40,468 bases of DNA from IMG/VR virus record IMGVR_UViG_3300031949_000091, positions 1-40,468 of that record, one strand, 5' to 3'. Made by a program: the position numbers and the translations under genes. Position 1 is the first letter of the stretch; each line of letters begins with the position of its first letter. The notes beneath the pieces were generated by a model. The model was not told where the DNA came from, made no database searches, and saw only the letters and a list, made by a program, of their open reading frames with translations. The DNA is from a virus. Taxonomy: Duplodnaviria; Caudoviricetes. Positions 1 to 9,461 of this stretch are shown piece after piece.

Positions 1-9
1 ACCGACAGC
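1..9. repeat. 9-bp terminal direct repeat ACCGACAGC (second copy 40460..40468)
   Basis: Direct comparison of both ends; merging the copies gives one continuous ORF. Confidence 0.85.
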
Positions 10-213
10 ACCCAGCGCGGTGGCGATCTGGGCAGTCCGAAAGTGGGCGCTGGGCTCCTGGCTGACGATCGACTGAAATCGCGGGTAAATTTCCCCGGAC
101 ATAGGCTCCTGGGCGCTGACGGTCCCGCTGTTGACCCCCTGCTGGTCGATTCCGCCGATCAGAGTAGCCCCGGCGGCGACCCCGTAAAGCGTATGTCTGC
201 GGCTGACGCTCAT
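1..213 (-). CDS. Major tail tube protein, 5' part (continues across the circular junction into 40468..39746)
   Basis: Not in the ORF track. ATG at 213 after GAGAGGG RBS; open frame MSVSRRHTLYGVAAG...ALGAVG to base 1, in frame with the open frame at the window end. Lies just upstream of the tail chaperone and tape measure. Confidence 0.8.
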   Translation of the reverse strand, partial: MSVSRRHTLYGVAAGATLIGGIDQQGVNSGTVSAQEPMSGEIYPRFQSIVSQEPSAHFRTAQIATALGAVG

Positions 214-248
214 TGTTGGACCCTCTCAGAGTTTGGCTAGGCGCGGGC

Positions 249-869
249 CTAGACGGTGCTGTCATACAGTAACCCGACCTGGACCGTGCCGACCGTGCTG
301 GGGTCGCCGCACGACACCTGGATCTGGCCGAGTGTGACGCCAGCCAGCGGGTTGGTGATCCCTTGGTCCTCTATCCAGCCGCTGGCCTCACCCGCGGGGA
401 TCTCGACCGCGTGAATACTGGTCCCGTCTTCTTGCTCATAGTGGACGCAAGCCCGCTTGTTACACGCTTGGGCGAAGGCCCTCACAGCATCGCCCGACAC
501 GTCACAATTCAGTTCCTGGCACTTGCCCACTACGACCGCGCTGTCTTCGTCGGGCAGATCGTCGCCAGCTCCGGTGTCGATGCTGATCGTGGTGGAGTCG
601 TAAGCGGTCACCTGGCACTTGTATTGCAGCCCGCCGGACCAGTAAACGTCCACATAATCCGAGTCGGTGATCCCGTGGCCCTCGGCCAGGGTGACAACGC
701 CCGTGTTGGCGTCGGTTCGGGTCGTCAGGCTGCCGGCGAGTCCGACCGTCAAGCCCTCGTTCTCGCCAACCTCATGGGCGACGATGGCGCTGGCGGTGCG
801 CACCGCGCTGCCGGATATGCTGATTCCGGCGATCGCGGCGTTTAGTTGCAGATTGGCGGTGTAGCTCAT
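249..869 (-). CDS. Putative virion structural protein (206 aa, acidic, beta-rich)
   Basis: AGGAG RBS plus ATG; between neck genes and tail tube; no family recognised. Confidence 0.6.
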   Translation of the reverse strand: MSYTANLQLNAAIAGISISGSAVRTASAIVAHEVGENEGLTVGLAGSLTTRTDANTGVVTLAEGHGITDSDYVDVYWSGGLQYKCQVTAYDSTTISIDTGAGDDLPDEDSAVVVGKCQELNCDVSGDAVRAFAQACNKRACVHYEQEDGTSIHAVEIPAGEASGWIEDQGITNPLAGVTLGQIQVSCGDPSTVGTVQVGLLYDSTV

Positions 870-878
870 GGCGTGCTC

Positions 879-1355
879 CTATTTGGGCGAAATCGCCCGC
901 TGGACCCGTAGGGCCTTTAATCCCGCCTCGACCCGCCGATCGAACAGGCGGACCAGGGCGCGATACTCGTTTCCGCTCACGGTGGTCATTTCTTTGGCCA
1001 TATCCACTTTTGATTTTGGGATGATGCGGCCCAGCGTGGAGCTGGGCAGGGTCACTCTGACGTGGTGTCCGCTGGCAGTTATTCGGGCCATGCGGGTCTG
1101 TCGTTCGCTCGTTCCGCTAAACACCAGCGGCTTGGTTTGGTGGGTGACGGCGGCCTTGATCCGGCTGTAGATCCGGGAGCGGGGGGTGTAGGCATATTCC
1201 CGCCCGCCGGCGGTTGTAAAATGCTTGGGTCGAAACTCCCTAAACCAGTACTCGCCCAGCAGCTTATAGATAGGTTTGCAGATCTCCGCCCAGCGGCGGC
1301 GGGTGGTGGCCACGTCGGCGGCGCCCGTGTACTTGACCTTTAGGGCTAGGATCAT
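879..1355 (-). CDS. Putative neck/tail-completion protein (basic)
   Basis: Synteny, basic composition, PLVFSGT motif reminiscent of virion morphogenesis proteins; ATGA overlap with the upstream gene. Confidence 0.5.
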   Translation of the reverse strand: MILALKVKYTGAADVATTRRRWAEICKPIYKLLGEYWFREFRPKHFTTAGGREYAYTPRSRIYSRIKAAVTHQTKPLVFSGTSERQTRMARITASGHHVRVTLPSSTLGRIIPKSKVDMAKEMTTVSGNEYRALVRLFDRRVEAGLKALRVQRAISPK

Positions 1356-1873
1356 TGGACCCCCTCGGCGTAGTTGACCGCCAGGGCGGCATAGTTGACC
1401 TCGCCATATTCGGGCCAGTTTTCCGGCTCGTTCCGCAGCGGTCCCAGGATCAGATCTACCCCGCTGGCGACCACGTCGGCCCCGTCGTTGGCCTCCAGGT
1501 TGTCGATAATCGCCCCGACCGTGTTCTCCCAGGCTTGGTCCACGTCCGCGCGGCTTTGGCCTTCGCCCACCGTGGCGTCCTGTTCGAGCTCAATGATGAT
1601 CCTGCCGGATTTGGCGAAACCCTGGGCGTCTTTGCGGCTGGCATACCCGCCGCTGACGTCCGTATAGATCAGGGCGTAGGGTCGATAGGTTCGCAGCTCC
1701 ACCAGGCTGTACTTGTCGGCACTGGCTGCCGGATCGGGCAGCCCATGCGGGTGGATCTTCGCCAGGGCGGCGGTCTGGTCGGCGGTGGCAGTCCACGTCC
1801 GAAAGGCCGCGCTGCGGGCTAAGGCAGCGCGGACCGCTTCGCGGGCCAGACTGAGACAGCCGGCAGCAGCCAT
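1352..1873 (-). CDS. Putative tail terminator-like protein
   Basis: Position in head-tail cluster, 173 aa; function inferred from synteny only. Confidence 0.45.
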   Translation of the reverse strand: MAAAGCLSLAREAVRAALARSAAFRTWTATADQTAALAKIHPHGLPDPAASADKYSLVELRTYRPYALIYTDVSGGYASRKDAQGFAKSGRIIIELEQDATVGEGQSRADVDQAWENTVGAIIDNLEANDGADVVASGVDLILGPLRNEPENWPEYGEVNYAALAVNYAEGVQ

Positions 1874-1876
1874 CGA

Positions 1877-2248
1877 TCAAACCCTCCGGCGGTAGCCAGG
1901 GCCAGCGCGTTCGGCTGAGGCGGTGCTGACACAATCCAAAACGGCGACCGCTCCAGCCTGCTCGACGCCCCGGACCTGCCAGTTACTCGATCCGATAGTG
2001 ACCGTCGCGTTGGCGGCGGGCTCAGCGACCCCGCCCTCGGCGGCGGTTGGGTCCGTGCCGATCAGAACCTTGCGGGTCTGCCGGCGGACCAGGCCCGTGT
2101 CCGTGGTTTCGCTTTCCGCCCGGGCGGGCTCGCAATAGGCGGTTAGCACCGTGGGCGTTCCATCGGCGGCGGTGTAAGTGACGGTCTGGCCGTGGTGTTC
2201 CAGCAGGTTGGGCAGGACCGCGGCCAGGTTGTCGTCGAAACGGCTCAT
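1877..2248 (-). CDS. Head-tail joining (head closure-like) protein
   Basis: 123 aa, pattern G.TVTY ... ATVTIGSSNWQV typical of stopper proteins; follows the cement gene. Confidence 0.65.
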   Translation of the reverse strand: MSRFDDNLAAVLPNLLEHHGQTVTYTAADGTPTVLTAYCEPARAESETTDTGLVRRQTRKVLIGTDPTAAEGGVAEPAANATVTIGSSNWQVRGVEQAGAVAVLDCVSTASAERAGPGYRRRV

Positions 2249-2286
2249 ATCTCACCCAGTGCGCCCCCTGCCGGCGGGCGCGTCTC

Positions 2287-3048
2287 TTAGATCAGCGGGG
2301 CGACCAGCAGACCGACCCGCATGGAACCCGCGGGTGTTCCGCCCGCTGTCGCCTGGCTGGTCTTGGCATAGCAGCCTTTACCAGCGGGGATCACCGCCAG
2401 GACCGTCCCGGTTGCGGCGATCGCGGTAGGCGTACCCTGCACCAGGTCGCCAACAGCATCGGCGGCGGCGTCAGTCGCGGTGAGCGTCGCCAGGGCGGTG
2501 TCGTCCGAATCGTACACTGTGACGATCTGCTGATCCTGGCTGGAGCCGACCATTACCTCGGTGATGATACCGGTCGCCAGGAGGATGATCAGACCGGCAG
2601 GGTTCTCAGCCGCGGCGACCAGTTCGTGTTCGGCGGTGTCGTCGTGCTCGATCAGCTGGGCGCGGGTCCGCCAGGCGACCCGCTGGCCCGTTCCACCGGC
2701 TCCCGCCAGACCCTTGTTCAGGTCCACCCGAACGGCGGTTCCAGACGCCACAGCGTCCACAGCGGTCCCCAGCAAGACGTCGTCGCTTGCGCCTGGGGTG
2801 GTAATGGCGACCGATGCACTGGCGTCCCAATAGACGGGATCCCCGGCGCTCCAGGTCGTTCCGCTGGTGCAAAGAACATCAAAAATCCCCTCGCTGTAGA
2901 CGCTGCCCAACTCGGAGGCGGCCAGGTCCGTCTTGACGATCGCGGCGCGTCCATCCGGCAGTTGGACGATTTCGCCGGCGGTCTTGGCGGTGCCGGGGGT
3001 GTAAGGCTGGTGATAACCTCGTTGGATGTACGTGGCCTCTAGGGACAT
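2287..3048 (-). CDS. DUF2190-family capsid cement protein with C-terminal extension
   Basis: N-terminal YIQRG...AGEIV...G.VY.EGIFD...WSAGDPVYWD...LLGTAV...VRVDLN pattern; directly after capsid; about 140 extra C-terminal residues. Confidence 0.75.
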   Translation of the reverse strand: MSLEATYIQRGYHQPYTPGTAKTAGEIVQLPDGRAAIVKTDLAASELGSVYSEGIFDVLCTSGTTWSAGDPVYWDASASVAITTPGASDDVLLGTAVDAVASGTAVRVDLNKGLAGAGGTGQRVAWRTRAQLIEHDDTAEHELVAAAENPAGLIILLATGIITEVMVGSSQDQQIVTVYDSDDTALATLTATDAAADAVGDLVQGTPTAIAATGTVLAVIPAGKGCYAKTSQATAGGTPAGSMRVGLLVAPLI

Positions 3049-3187
3049 AGTTTAAGGCTCCTGTTCTTGCCCGCCCCTGCGGCGGGTCTGGGTTAGGGGT
3101 TGACACGTCGCCCCAGCGAATCAGGACAAGCTGGGGCCGGCGGTTAGTTTGCTTTTGTCCGGTCCGGTCCGCTCCGCAGTGGCTCGG

Positions 3188-5275
3188 CTACGCGCCCTTG
3201 CTGCGGTTAATTCCTCGAAAATCGACAGCCGCGGCTCCGCAGTCGTGATAGACCCGCCAGCCGATTCCCAGCACGTCCACCGGGTCGGCCCGCTCCACCG
3301 TCGGCTCCGTCTGACCGCGCAGGTAGACGATTACGATTGACTCGGCCATCATCGCGTCGGCGGTCAGATACCAGGCGGTGGCCCCGTTCGTCGCGGCGTC
3401 CAGGCGGGGCTCCGTTATCACCTGCAGTGATCCCTGGTGAACGTTCTTGGTCCCGTACCGGATCGTCGTGTCCTCTCCGGTCGTGACCAGCAGCTCCTGA
3501 GACTCGACCAGTTTTCTGGCCGTGTGTTCCAGGGCGACCGGCACCAGCAGGCCGCGCGGGATCAGGTTCAAGATTTCGCCGGCCAGGCCCTTCATTTTGC
3601 GCATGGCGACGCGCGCGGCGGCCAGGCCCGTATCGCCCAGGACACTGGCGGGCGTGCCGGTCAGATAGTTGGCCCCGCTGGCGTGGCTGGCGTGGAACAA
3701 CGCCTTGCTGTCTTCGTTCATGGTGGGGCCGACGCCGCTGGCGCTGACCAGCAAGGCGTAGACAAGGTCTTCGATGTTGCGTTTGGCAGCCGCCCCCATC
3801 AAAGCGGGCGCCCGGGCGAACGCGCCCAGATCGTCGTTAATGAACATGGTGCGCGTCAGCTGCAGCATGCGCCCGTAGGTGTAAGCCTGGTGCGTTTCGG
3901 TAGCTTCGGAGAGCGTACCGTGCGGGATTTCTCCACCGTTGCCCACCTGGGCCAGGCTCGAAAAACCCGACAGTTTGACGTCGCGGACCTGCTTAAAGTC
4001 GTTCACGTCGCGCCGTCCGCACCATTGGCTCGCGGTGCTGGGGTAATCGGTGTAGGCCCGCTGCAGGATCCGGGCGACTGAGCTGGTGACGATGTACGGG
4101 AAACTGCCCGTGCTGACCGCCCGCTCGAACAGCCGGCTGGGGTTGTAAATCTGCTGGCGAACCCCTTCGATCAACAGGGAGGTCCGGGCCAGGTCCTGCA
4201 GGGTCATCTGGCGAAAGTCCGCGGCGGCGCTGATTCTCTCGGCGGGCATCGCCTCATTGATCCCCGACCGGATACAGATTGCGTCAATCATCACCGCCCG
4301 GCGCTTGTCGGCGGCGTCCGCCGTGACCCGTGCGTCGGTCAGCGGGTCCGGGCGGTTACGGGTCACGGCCTCAAAGAACCGCAGGCCCGCAGCCTCTGGC
4401 GTCAGGCCCTCGTCGACCGCGGCGCGCAGCAATTCCTCCGGCACGTCCTGCCCGGCCAGTTCGGTGATCCGGGCGATCCGCTGGCGTTCGGCGCGGGTGG
4501 CGGCAGCGCGTTCGGCCTGCAGATCGGGGGTGTCCGCGGGCGGATCTGCGGGTGGATCCTGCCGGCGGGGTTCGGGCGGCGAGGCGGCGGGGCGGGTCGG
4601 TTCGCTCCGCTCCCCGCCCGCTGGCTCGTTTGCCGGCGGGACCGAATCGTCGGTCGCGGTCGGGTTCGGTTTGATGGTGGCGGGCATAGTTGGCTCCTTT
4701 TTGTGTGGGGCGGTGGGCCCCGTCCGTTGTTCACGCAGTTTGGCGGCGATGTCCGCCCCAATTGTTACCAGGCTCCCCTCTTTGATCAGGTATCGGACCG
4801 CCACCCGCAGGCGGCGGGCGGTAGCGGTGTAGGTTTGGCTTGCCACGTCGGCACTTTCCCCGGCTTCGATCAGGACCGCCTCCAGGATGCGGTAGCCGAT
4901 CGACAGGTCGGTCAGGTGACCTTGTTCGATTTTGCGCCAGTGGCGCTCCGCCCGTTCGTCACCCTTGGCCAGATACAACGTGCCGACAATCTGGTTTGCC
5001 TCAGTGCTGATCTGGCGGATCGACCCGACCAGATAGTCCAGGTCCCCGCGTAGGTGGCTTTCCAGCAGCGGCAATTGGTCGGCATACTCGGCACCCGACG
5101 GCAGCAGAACCTCGTCGATCAGGTCGCCAGTGTCCCAATCGTAAACAGTCACGGGCTGATCGGTGGCCAGGACGCCCTGGACCGTCCGGTCCTGGGCTCG
5201 GATTGTTGATGATCGCAGGGTCAGGTCCCGATAGGTCAGGTCTGTTGTCCGCGTTAGCGCTTCGCTGACTGGCAT
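3188..5275 (-). CDS. Prohead protease-major capsid fusion (Mu gpT-like capsid domain)
   Basis: N-terminal protease motifs (PLLESH, DLSIGY, EGSLVTIGAD), Pro-rich linker, then capsid motifs (STGSFP, VNDFK, TYGR...FINDDLGAF, LLVP..LE, EPRLD, DCGAAAVDFRG). Confidence 0.9.
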   Translation of the reverse strand: MPVSEALTRTTDLTYRDLTLRSSTIRAQDRTVQGVLATDQPVTVYDWDTGDLIDEVLLPSGAEYADQLPLLESHLRGDLDYLVGSIRQISTEANQIVGTLYLAKGDERAERHWRKIEQGHLTDLSIGYRILEAVLIEAGESADVASQTYTATARRLRVAVRYLIKEGSLVTIGADIAAKLREQRTGPTAPHKKEPTMPATIKPNPTATDDSVPPANEPAGGERSEPTRPAASPPEPRRQDPPADPPADTPDLQAERAAATRAERQRIARITELAGQDVPEELLRAAVDEGLTPEAAGLRFFEAVTRNRPDPLTDARVTADAADKRRAVMIDAICIRSGINEAMPAERISAAADFRQMTLQDLARTSLLIEGVRQQIYNPSRLFERAVSTGSFPYIVTSSVARILQRAYTDYPSTASQWCGRRDVNDFKQVRDVKLSGFSSLAQVGNGGEIPHGTLSEATETHQAYTYGRMLQLTRTMFINDDLGAFARAPALMGAAAKRNIEDLVYALLVSASGVGPTMNEDSKALFHASHASGANYLTGTPASVLGDTGLAAARVAMRKMKGLAGEILNLIPRGLLVPVALEHTARKLVESQELLVTTGEDTTIRYGTKNVHQGSLQVITEPRLDAATNGATAWYLTADAMMAESIVIVYLRGQTEPTVERADPVDVLGIGWRVYHDCGAAAVDFRGINRSKGA

Positions 5276-5288
5276 TTTAGGGCGCTCC

Positions 5289-6761
5289 TTAAACTGCTGG
5301 CCCGGTCGGGCCCATTGGCGGCAGTCCGGCGGCGGCTAGTTTCTCGTTAGTCGCTTTGCGGGCGGCGATCAGATCGTCCTCATCGGTCCCGCTGCTGGCG
5401 GCGACCGTTCCCAGATCCGTGAATCCGCCGTCCAGGGCCACCTTGTCGGCCATGCGCTCTTTGTAGGGGTCCACATGGGGGCGCTTAGGCCAAAGCCAGC
5501 TCACCTTGACCTCCGCTGGGCGGCGGGCTTTCAGCAGGCCCAGCCGGCGGGCTTCTTGCTCGACCTCTGCCAGTAGGGGCGACAGGAACGCGCGCCCCGT
5601 CCACGCTTGCAGGTCCTGGATTCCGCGCCCATAAGTTTGGTCATCAAATCGCGCGCTCGAATAGTTGGCGTTGGAGGCGTCGGCCAACAGAATCATCAAA
5701 GGCTGCCCCATCGCCAGGCCCAGTGGCCTCAGTCGTTCGCGGTGATACTCGACGTAGCTGGTGGCGGGCTGCTGGGGGACCATCTGCCGGGCTTCCCAGC
5801 CAGGCGGCAGGGTCGAAATGGTCCGCCGTTCGATTTCGGTAGACTCGTTGACCTCGACCGGGTCCAGATTCGGATCCCGGGTCTGCAGCAGGACCGCGTT
5901 GTCGGCGGCCATGCGGGCAGCGTCCAGGACCTCGGCGTCGAAATCGCGCAGGTCGGCGATTTCCTCCAGGCAGGTGGCCAGCCAGGGCCAACCGCGGAGT
6001 TGGTCCGGCTCCACCTCCTCGAATAGGTGGTAAATATAGCGCGCCTTGACGGGGGTGTGGGCGGTCTTGGCGGTGCTGTCGGTGACGATGTAATAGGTCA
6101 AGGGGCGGCCGTCGGCGTCCGTCTGGATCCCCAGGTTGGTGTAGTCATCCGCCATTCTATCGGTGGGCTGGTCCAGCCGGCGGGGGTGGATGGTCTTTAG
6201 TCTTAAGCTTAGTTCGTCGGCTCCGCGGCGGCGGCTCTTAGTAATCTGGACCAGGTACTCCCCGCAGGTGGGCAGCAGGCGGATACATTGCTTTAGGATC
6301 TCGACCCCCGCGGACCTGCCGCGGACGTCGGGGTGGGCCCACCAGTCGGCCCATATCCGTTCGAGTTGATGGGTATAGGCGCTGTCGGCTGGCTGGACCC
6401 GCAACGTGGGACCATATTGACCCACCACGTCGGTTCCCAGCGTGTCGATCGCGTGCTTGACGTAGCCGTTGTTGGCCTGCTCATAAATGCAGCGGGCTCG
6501 CATCGTCGCCAGCAGGTCGCCCAGGTCGGCGTTGATGCTGCGGTCGTTGACCGGCGCCCAGTGGGCGGCGTTTAGGCGGGTGCTCTGTGCGGCTTCCCAG
6601 CGGCGGCGCTGTTCGGAGTTTTCCGGCAGGCTTTTGGGGTCCACGTAGGGCGCCCGCGCTGGGCGGACCCATTGGGCGGCTATGGGTTCGCGGTCCTTAA
6701 AGGACCATTTCTCGCGGGGCGGCCGGCGGTGGGTGGTGGTTTTCTTGGTCTGGCGGGCCAT
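5289..6761 (-). CDS. Portal protein, lambda family
   Basis: WEAA...MRAR...NNGY, QLRGWPWLA, NYSSAR, W.WP...VDPYKE motifs; 490 aa. Confidence 0.92.
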   Translation of the reverse strand: MARQTKKTTTHRRPPREKWSFKDREPIAAQWVRPARAPYVDPKSLPENSEQRRRWEAAQSTRLNAAHWAPVNDRSINADLGDLLATMRARCIYEQANNGYVKHAIDTLGTDVVGQYGPTLRVQPADSAYTHQLERIWADWWAHPDVRGRSAGVEILKQCIRLLPTCGEYLVQITKSRRRGADELSLRLKTIHPRRLDQPTDRMADDYTNLGIQTDADGRPLTYYIVTDSTAKTAHTPVKARYIYHLFEEVEPDQLRGWPWLATCLEEIADLRDFDAEVLDAARMAADNAVLLQTRDPNLDPVEVNESTEIERRTISTLPPGWEARQMVPQQPATSYVEYHRERLRPLGLAMGQPLMILLADASNANYSSARFDDQTYGRGIQDLQAWTGRAFLSPLLAEVEQEARRLGLLKARRPAEVKVSWLWPKRPHVDPYKERMADKVALDGGFTDLGTVAASSGTDEDDLIAARKATNEKLAAAGLPPMGPTGPAV

Positions 6762-7021
6762 TAGGGCGTGGCCCTCGTATAAGTGACCTTACTGCGCGAG
6801 ATACCGTTGGCCCCACTGCGGGCCTGTCGCCAGCGGGCCTCCAAGGCGTCCAGATCCTCCGGGCGGTAGTGATACTCTGCCGTTGCGGTCTTCATGTCGG
6901 GGGTGGCTGCCAGCAAGGCCCGGGCATGTTCCAGTTTTCCCAAGGCGGTGGCGTAGTCCCCAGCCTCCGCGGCGGTTCCCGCGGCGGACATTAGTGTCCG
7001 AATATCGGCGGCGTCGCTCAT
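6761..7021 (-). CDS. gpW-like head completion protein
   Basis: 86 aa helical protein between terminase and portal; TAATG overlap with portal. Confidence 0.55.
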   Translation of the reverse strand: MSDAADIRTLMSAAGTAAEAGDYATALGKLEHARALLAATPDMKTATAEYHYRPEDLDALEARWRQARSGANGISRSKVTYTRATP

Positions 7022-7053
7022 AACACCAATATGTAGGGGGTGGGCGTGGTGGA

Positions 7054-7422
7054 CTAGGGGGCCTTTCCAGCAAGTGGAAACGACCTCTCTGGGGTAGGGA
7101 CCACCTCGACACTCTTAAACGTCCGACCGCAGATCTGGCACTTGTGATAGCGGACCGGGCGGTCTGTGTGTGTGACTCGGGTGTTTGTCGATTGGCATTT
7201 GGGGCAACGGATCAGGTAATAAGCCACCCCGTCCTCGGTGGTGGGGTTCCGCTGGGGTTCGCGGTTGGTCCGCTGGCTGAGTCTGGGCAGGGGTGGGGGG
7301 GGCGCGGTATGTCGCCAGGTCCGCCGGCAGAATCGACAAACCCGTTTTTCCCAGGGCGCGCCCCAGCGTGTTCCCCGTGCAATAACCTGGTACTCAGCGC
7401 AGCCGCACTCTGGGCAGGTCAT
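7054..7422 (-). CDS. Double zinc-ribbon protein (Ogr/Delta- or NrdR-like), possible transcription regulator
   Basis: CPEC...CRFC and CPKC..TNTRV...YHKCQICGRTFKSVE; ATG at 7422 overlaps the terminase stop (ATGA). Confidence 0.7.
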   Translation of the reverse strand: MTCPECGCAEYQVIARGTRWGAPWEKRVCRFCRRTWRHTAPPPPLPRLSQRTNREPQRNPTTEDGVAYYLIRCPKCQSTNTRVTHTDRPVRYHKCQICGRTFKSVEVVPTPERSFPLAGKAP

Positions 7423-9461
7423 CGGCGCCCCCTCCTGCGCTGGGTGGCCCACCAGCCGCGGGTGGGCGGGCTTGCCGTCGCCCCTGGCTGGTGGGTGGCG
7501 GTGGTTTTGCGGGCGGCGGTCGATTTGTCTGGGCTGCCAGGCGCCTTAGTTGAGGTCGGGCGGATTCCCAGGCGGTCGGCGGTCGCCAGACAGTTATAGC
7601 AACAGTCCAGCCAGTGGTTCTTGCGACCTTTGGCCACCCAGCGGATCTGGCGGCCTTTTTCCGGGGTCCAGGACTCGACCAGTAGCTCACTGGTCAGGTG
7701 GCGGCAAAATGTCAAATGCTGTCCTGGCGGGGCGGCAAATAGCGTGATAGCCCCGGGCGCGTCGATCGGGCAACTAAGGCCCTCGTGCAGCCGGCTTTTC
7801 CAGGCGTCCGCGTCCACGTCCAGCCGCAACAGTCGGCGGGGGCTGGTCAGCCGGCTAACGTGCCAGCTGTTACCGATCTCTCGGACCGTGGCCCCTTTTT
7901 TCGACGGGCGGGTATAGCGGCGGATGCGCCAGCGGTCGCTGCCGAATCCCAGGCTCGCCAGCCAGGGGGGCGGCGCAGCAGCGCAGAATTGATAGACCAC
8001 GTCTACCCCCTGGGGCCCCTGCCAGCCGGCGTCTACAGTGGCGATCGCGGGGATCAGCGTGGACCCGTCAGCGACCAGCCAGCCCGCTCGTATCCGTTCG
8101 TCTAGCTGCCGCAACATGGCGAGTATCGCGGGGGCCACCCCGAGCTGGGGACTTAGTACGTCCTCCGCCCCATAGTCAACGATGTGCCCGGACCCCTCGG
8201 CCCGCCAGGCGATCGCCGCCCAGTGGGCAACATATTGGCCTACGTCAACGTGGAACGTCAGTGCGCTTGTTTTCGGCGGACACTGGCCCTGCGGGTGGGG
8301 GGCCTGTCGGTGCGTCAGCCCTTCCCGGTCCAGGGGGGTGGGTTCGACCTCCAGCGGCGCGGTGGGCAGGGCCCAGACAAACTGACACTGTTCGCGGTCC
8401 GCTTCGTCGGGGTCAGCGGCCCGCAGGGACAGCCACTCGCCCCGTCCAATCGCCCCGGGGTTGGTCAGCAGGTTATGGGCGGCGGACCACCTAAACCCGA
8501 ACGTCTCAGTTTCCGGCGGGTTGCCCGTGACCTTGCCGCGCCGGTCTATCTGCTGGCCCTTATGCAGCAGCCGGGCTAGTTGGTTGGCCCGGCGCCACTG
8601 TTCGCTCGACCAGGGCGCCTGGCACTGATTGCACCGAAAGTGCGCCAGCCGGCGGGCTTCCACTTCGTTGGTGGCATCCTGCCACCCCACCAGATCCTCG
8701 CGGCCCAGCTCGACCCAGGCGTGGCACTTAGGGCAGGGTAGGACCAAAAACGAGGCGCTGGATTCCTGCTCGTAACCCCACCAGATTCGGCCGGCTTTTG
8801 TGGTGGGGGTCGATTCCTCATAGCCGGTCGCCTGGTCGCCATAGGCGCGGGTCCTGGCCCTCAGTTGGCGGTACTTGGCAGCCTCTGGGCTGGCGGTCCC
8901 GGGCGATCCAAAGGCGTTGGCTTCGGTGATTTCTAACACCCGGGCACTGTAGCCGGCGCGGGCTTCGTCTCTGCCGCTTCCGTGCATGAATCGCAAGGTG
9001 ACCCCGGACGTGAATTGCACCGCGCGGACCCGGGGGCTCCCTTTCGATCCATCGCCCCTGATCGGCAGGTATTTGGCGTAACGGCTGCGCTCGATCGCAG
9101 GTAACAAGACCTCCCGCCACTTGTCGGCGGCCATGTTTTCGTCGGGGACGCCACAGATTACACCTTCCTGCAGCTCGAATAGGTGGAACAGTGTGGGGAT
9201 TATGAAACAAAGCCAGGTTCCACCCGCCTGGGATGGTTTGACCGTCACAAAGTAGCGCCAGCGGCCCGAGTCGGCCTCATTCAGCCAGATTTTAGCGATT
9301 GGCAGGCGGTCCGCTCGGAATTTGCGCCCGGCATAGGGCCCCGTCGGCAGAATTAGCTCCGTTTCGGCAAATTCCAGCATTCCGCGGACCGGCGGGGTGG
9401 CGGCTTGGGCCAGGCCCCAGCGTAGTTCCTCCAGGGTTGGCACCCCTATCGCGGCACTCAT
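7419..9461 (-). CDS. terL: Terminase large subunit, lambda GpA family
   Basis: KPSQAGGT P-loop, ESTPT motif, CPKC/CNQC zinc finger, nuclease acidic motifs HVDVG, TVDAG, NHWLDC; ATGA overlap at 9461. Confidence 0.93.
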   Translation of the reverse strand: MSAAIGVPTLEELRWGLAQAATPPVRGMLEFAETELILPTGPYAGRKFRADRLPIAKIWLNEADSGRWRYFVTVKPSQAGGTWLCFIIPTLFHLFELQEGVICGVPDENMAADKWREVLLPAIERSRYAKYLPIRGDGSKGSPRVRAVQFTSGVTLRFMHGSGRDEARAGYSARVLEITEANAFGSPGTASPEAAKYRQLRARTRAYGDQATGYEESTPTTKAGRIWWGYEQESSASFLVLPCPKCHAWVELGREDLVGWQDATNEVEARRLAHFRCNQCQAPWSSEQWRRANQLARLLHKGQQIDRRGKVTGNPPETETFGFRWSAAHNLLTNPGAIGRGEWLSLRAADPDEADREQCQFVWALPTAPLEVEPTPLDREGLTHRQAPHPQGQCPPKTSALTFHVDVGQYVAHWAAIAWRAEGSGHIVDYGAEDVLSPQLGVAPAILAMLRQLDERIRAGWLVADGSTLIPAIATVDAGWQGPQGVDVVYQFCAAAPPPWLASLGFGSDRWRIRRYTRPSKKGATVREIGNSWHVSRLTSPRRLLRLDVDADAWKSRLHEGLSCPIDAPGAITLFAAPPGQHLTFCRHLTSELLVESWTPEKGRQIRWVAKGRKNHWLDCCYNCLATADRLGIRPTSTKAPGSPDKSTAARKTTATHQPGATASPPTRGWWATQRRRGRR

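Noticed and set aside
3110-3137. Terminator after the capsid gene
   Set aside because: Hairpin GCCCCAGC...GCTGGGGC has no U-tract on the coding strand; at most a stability element.
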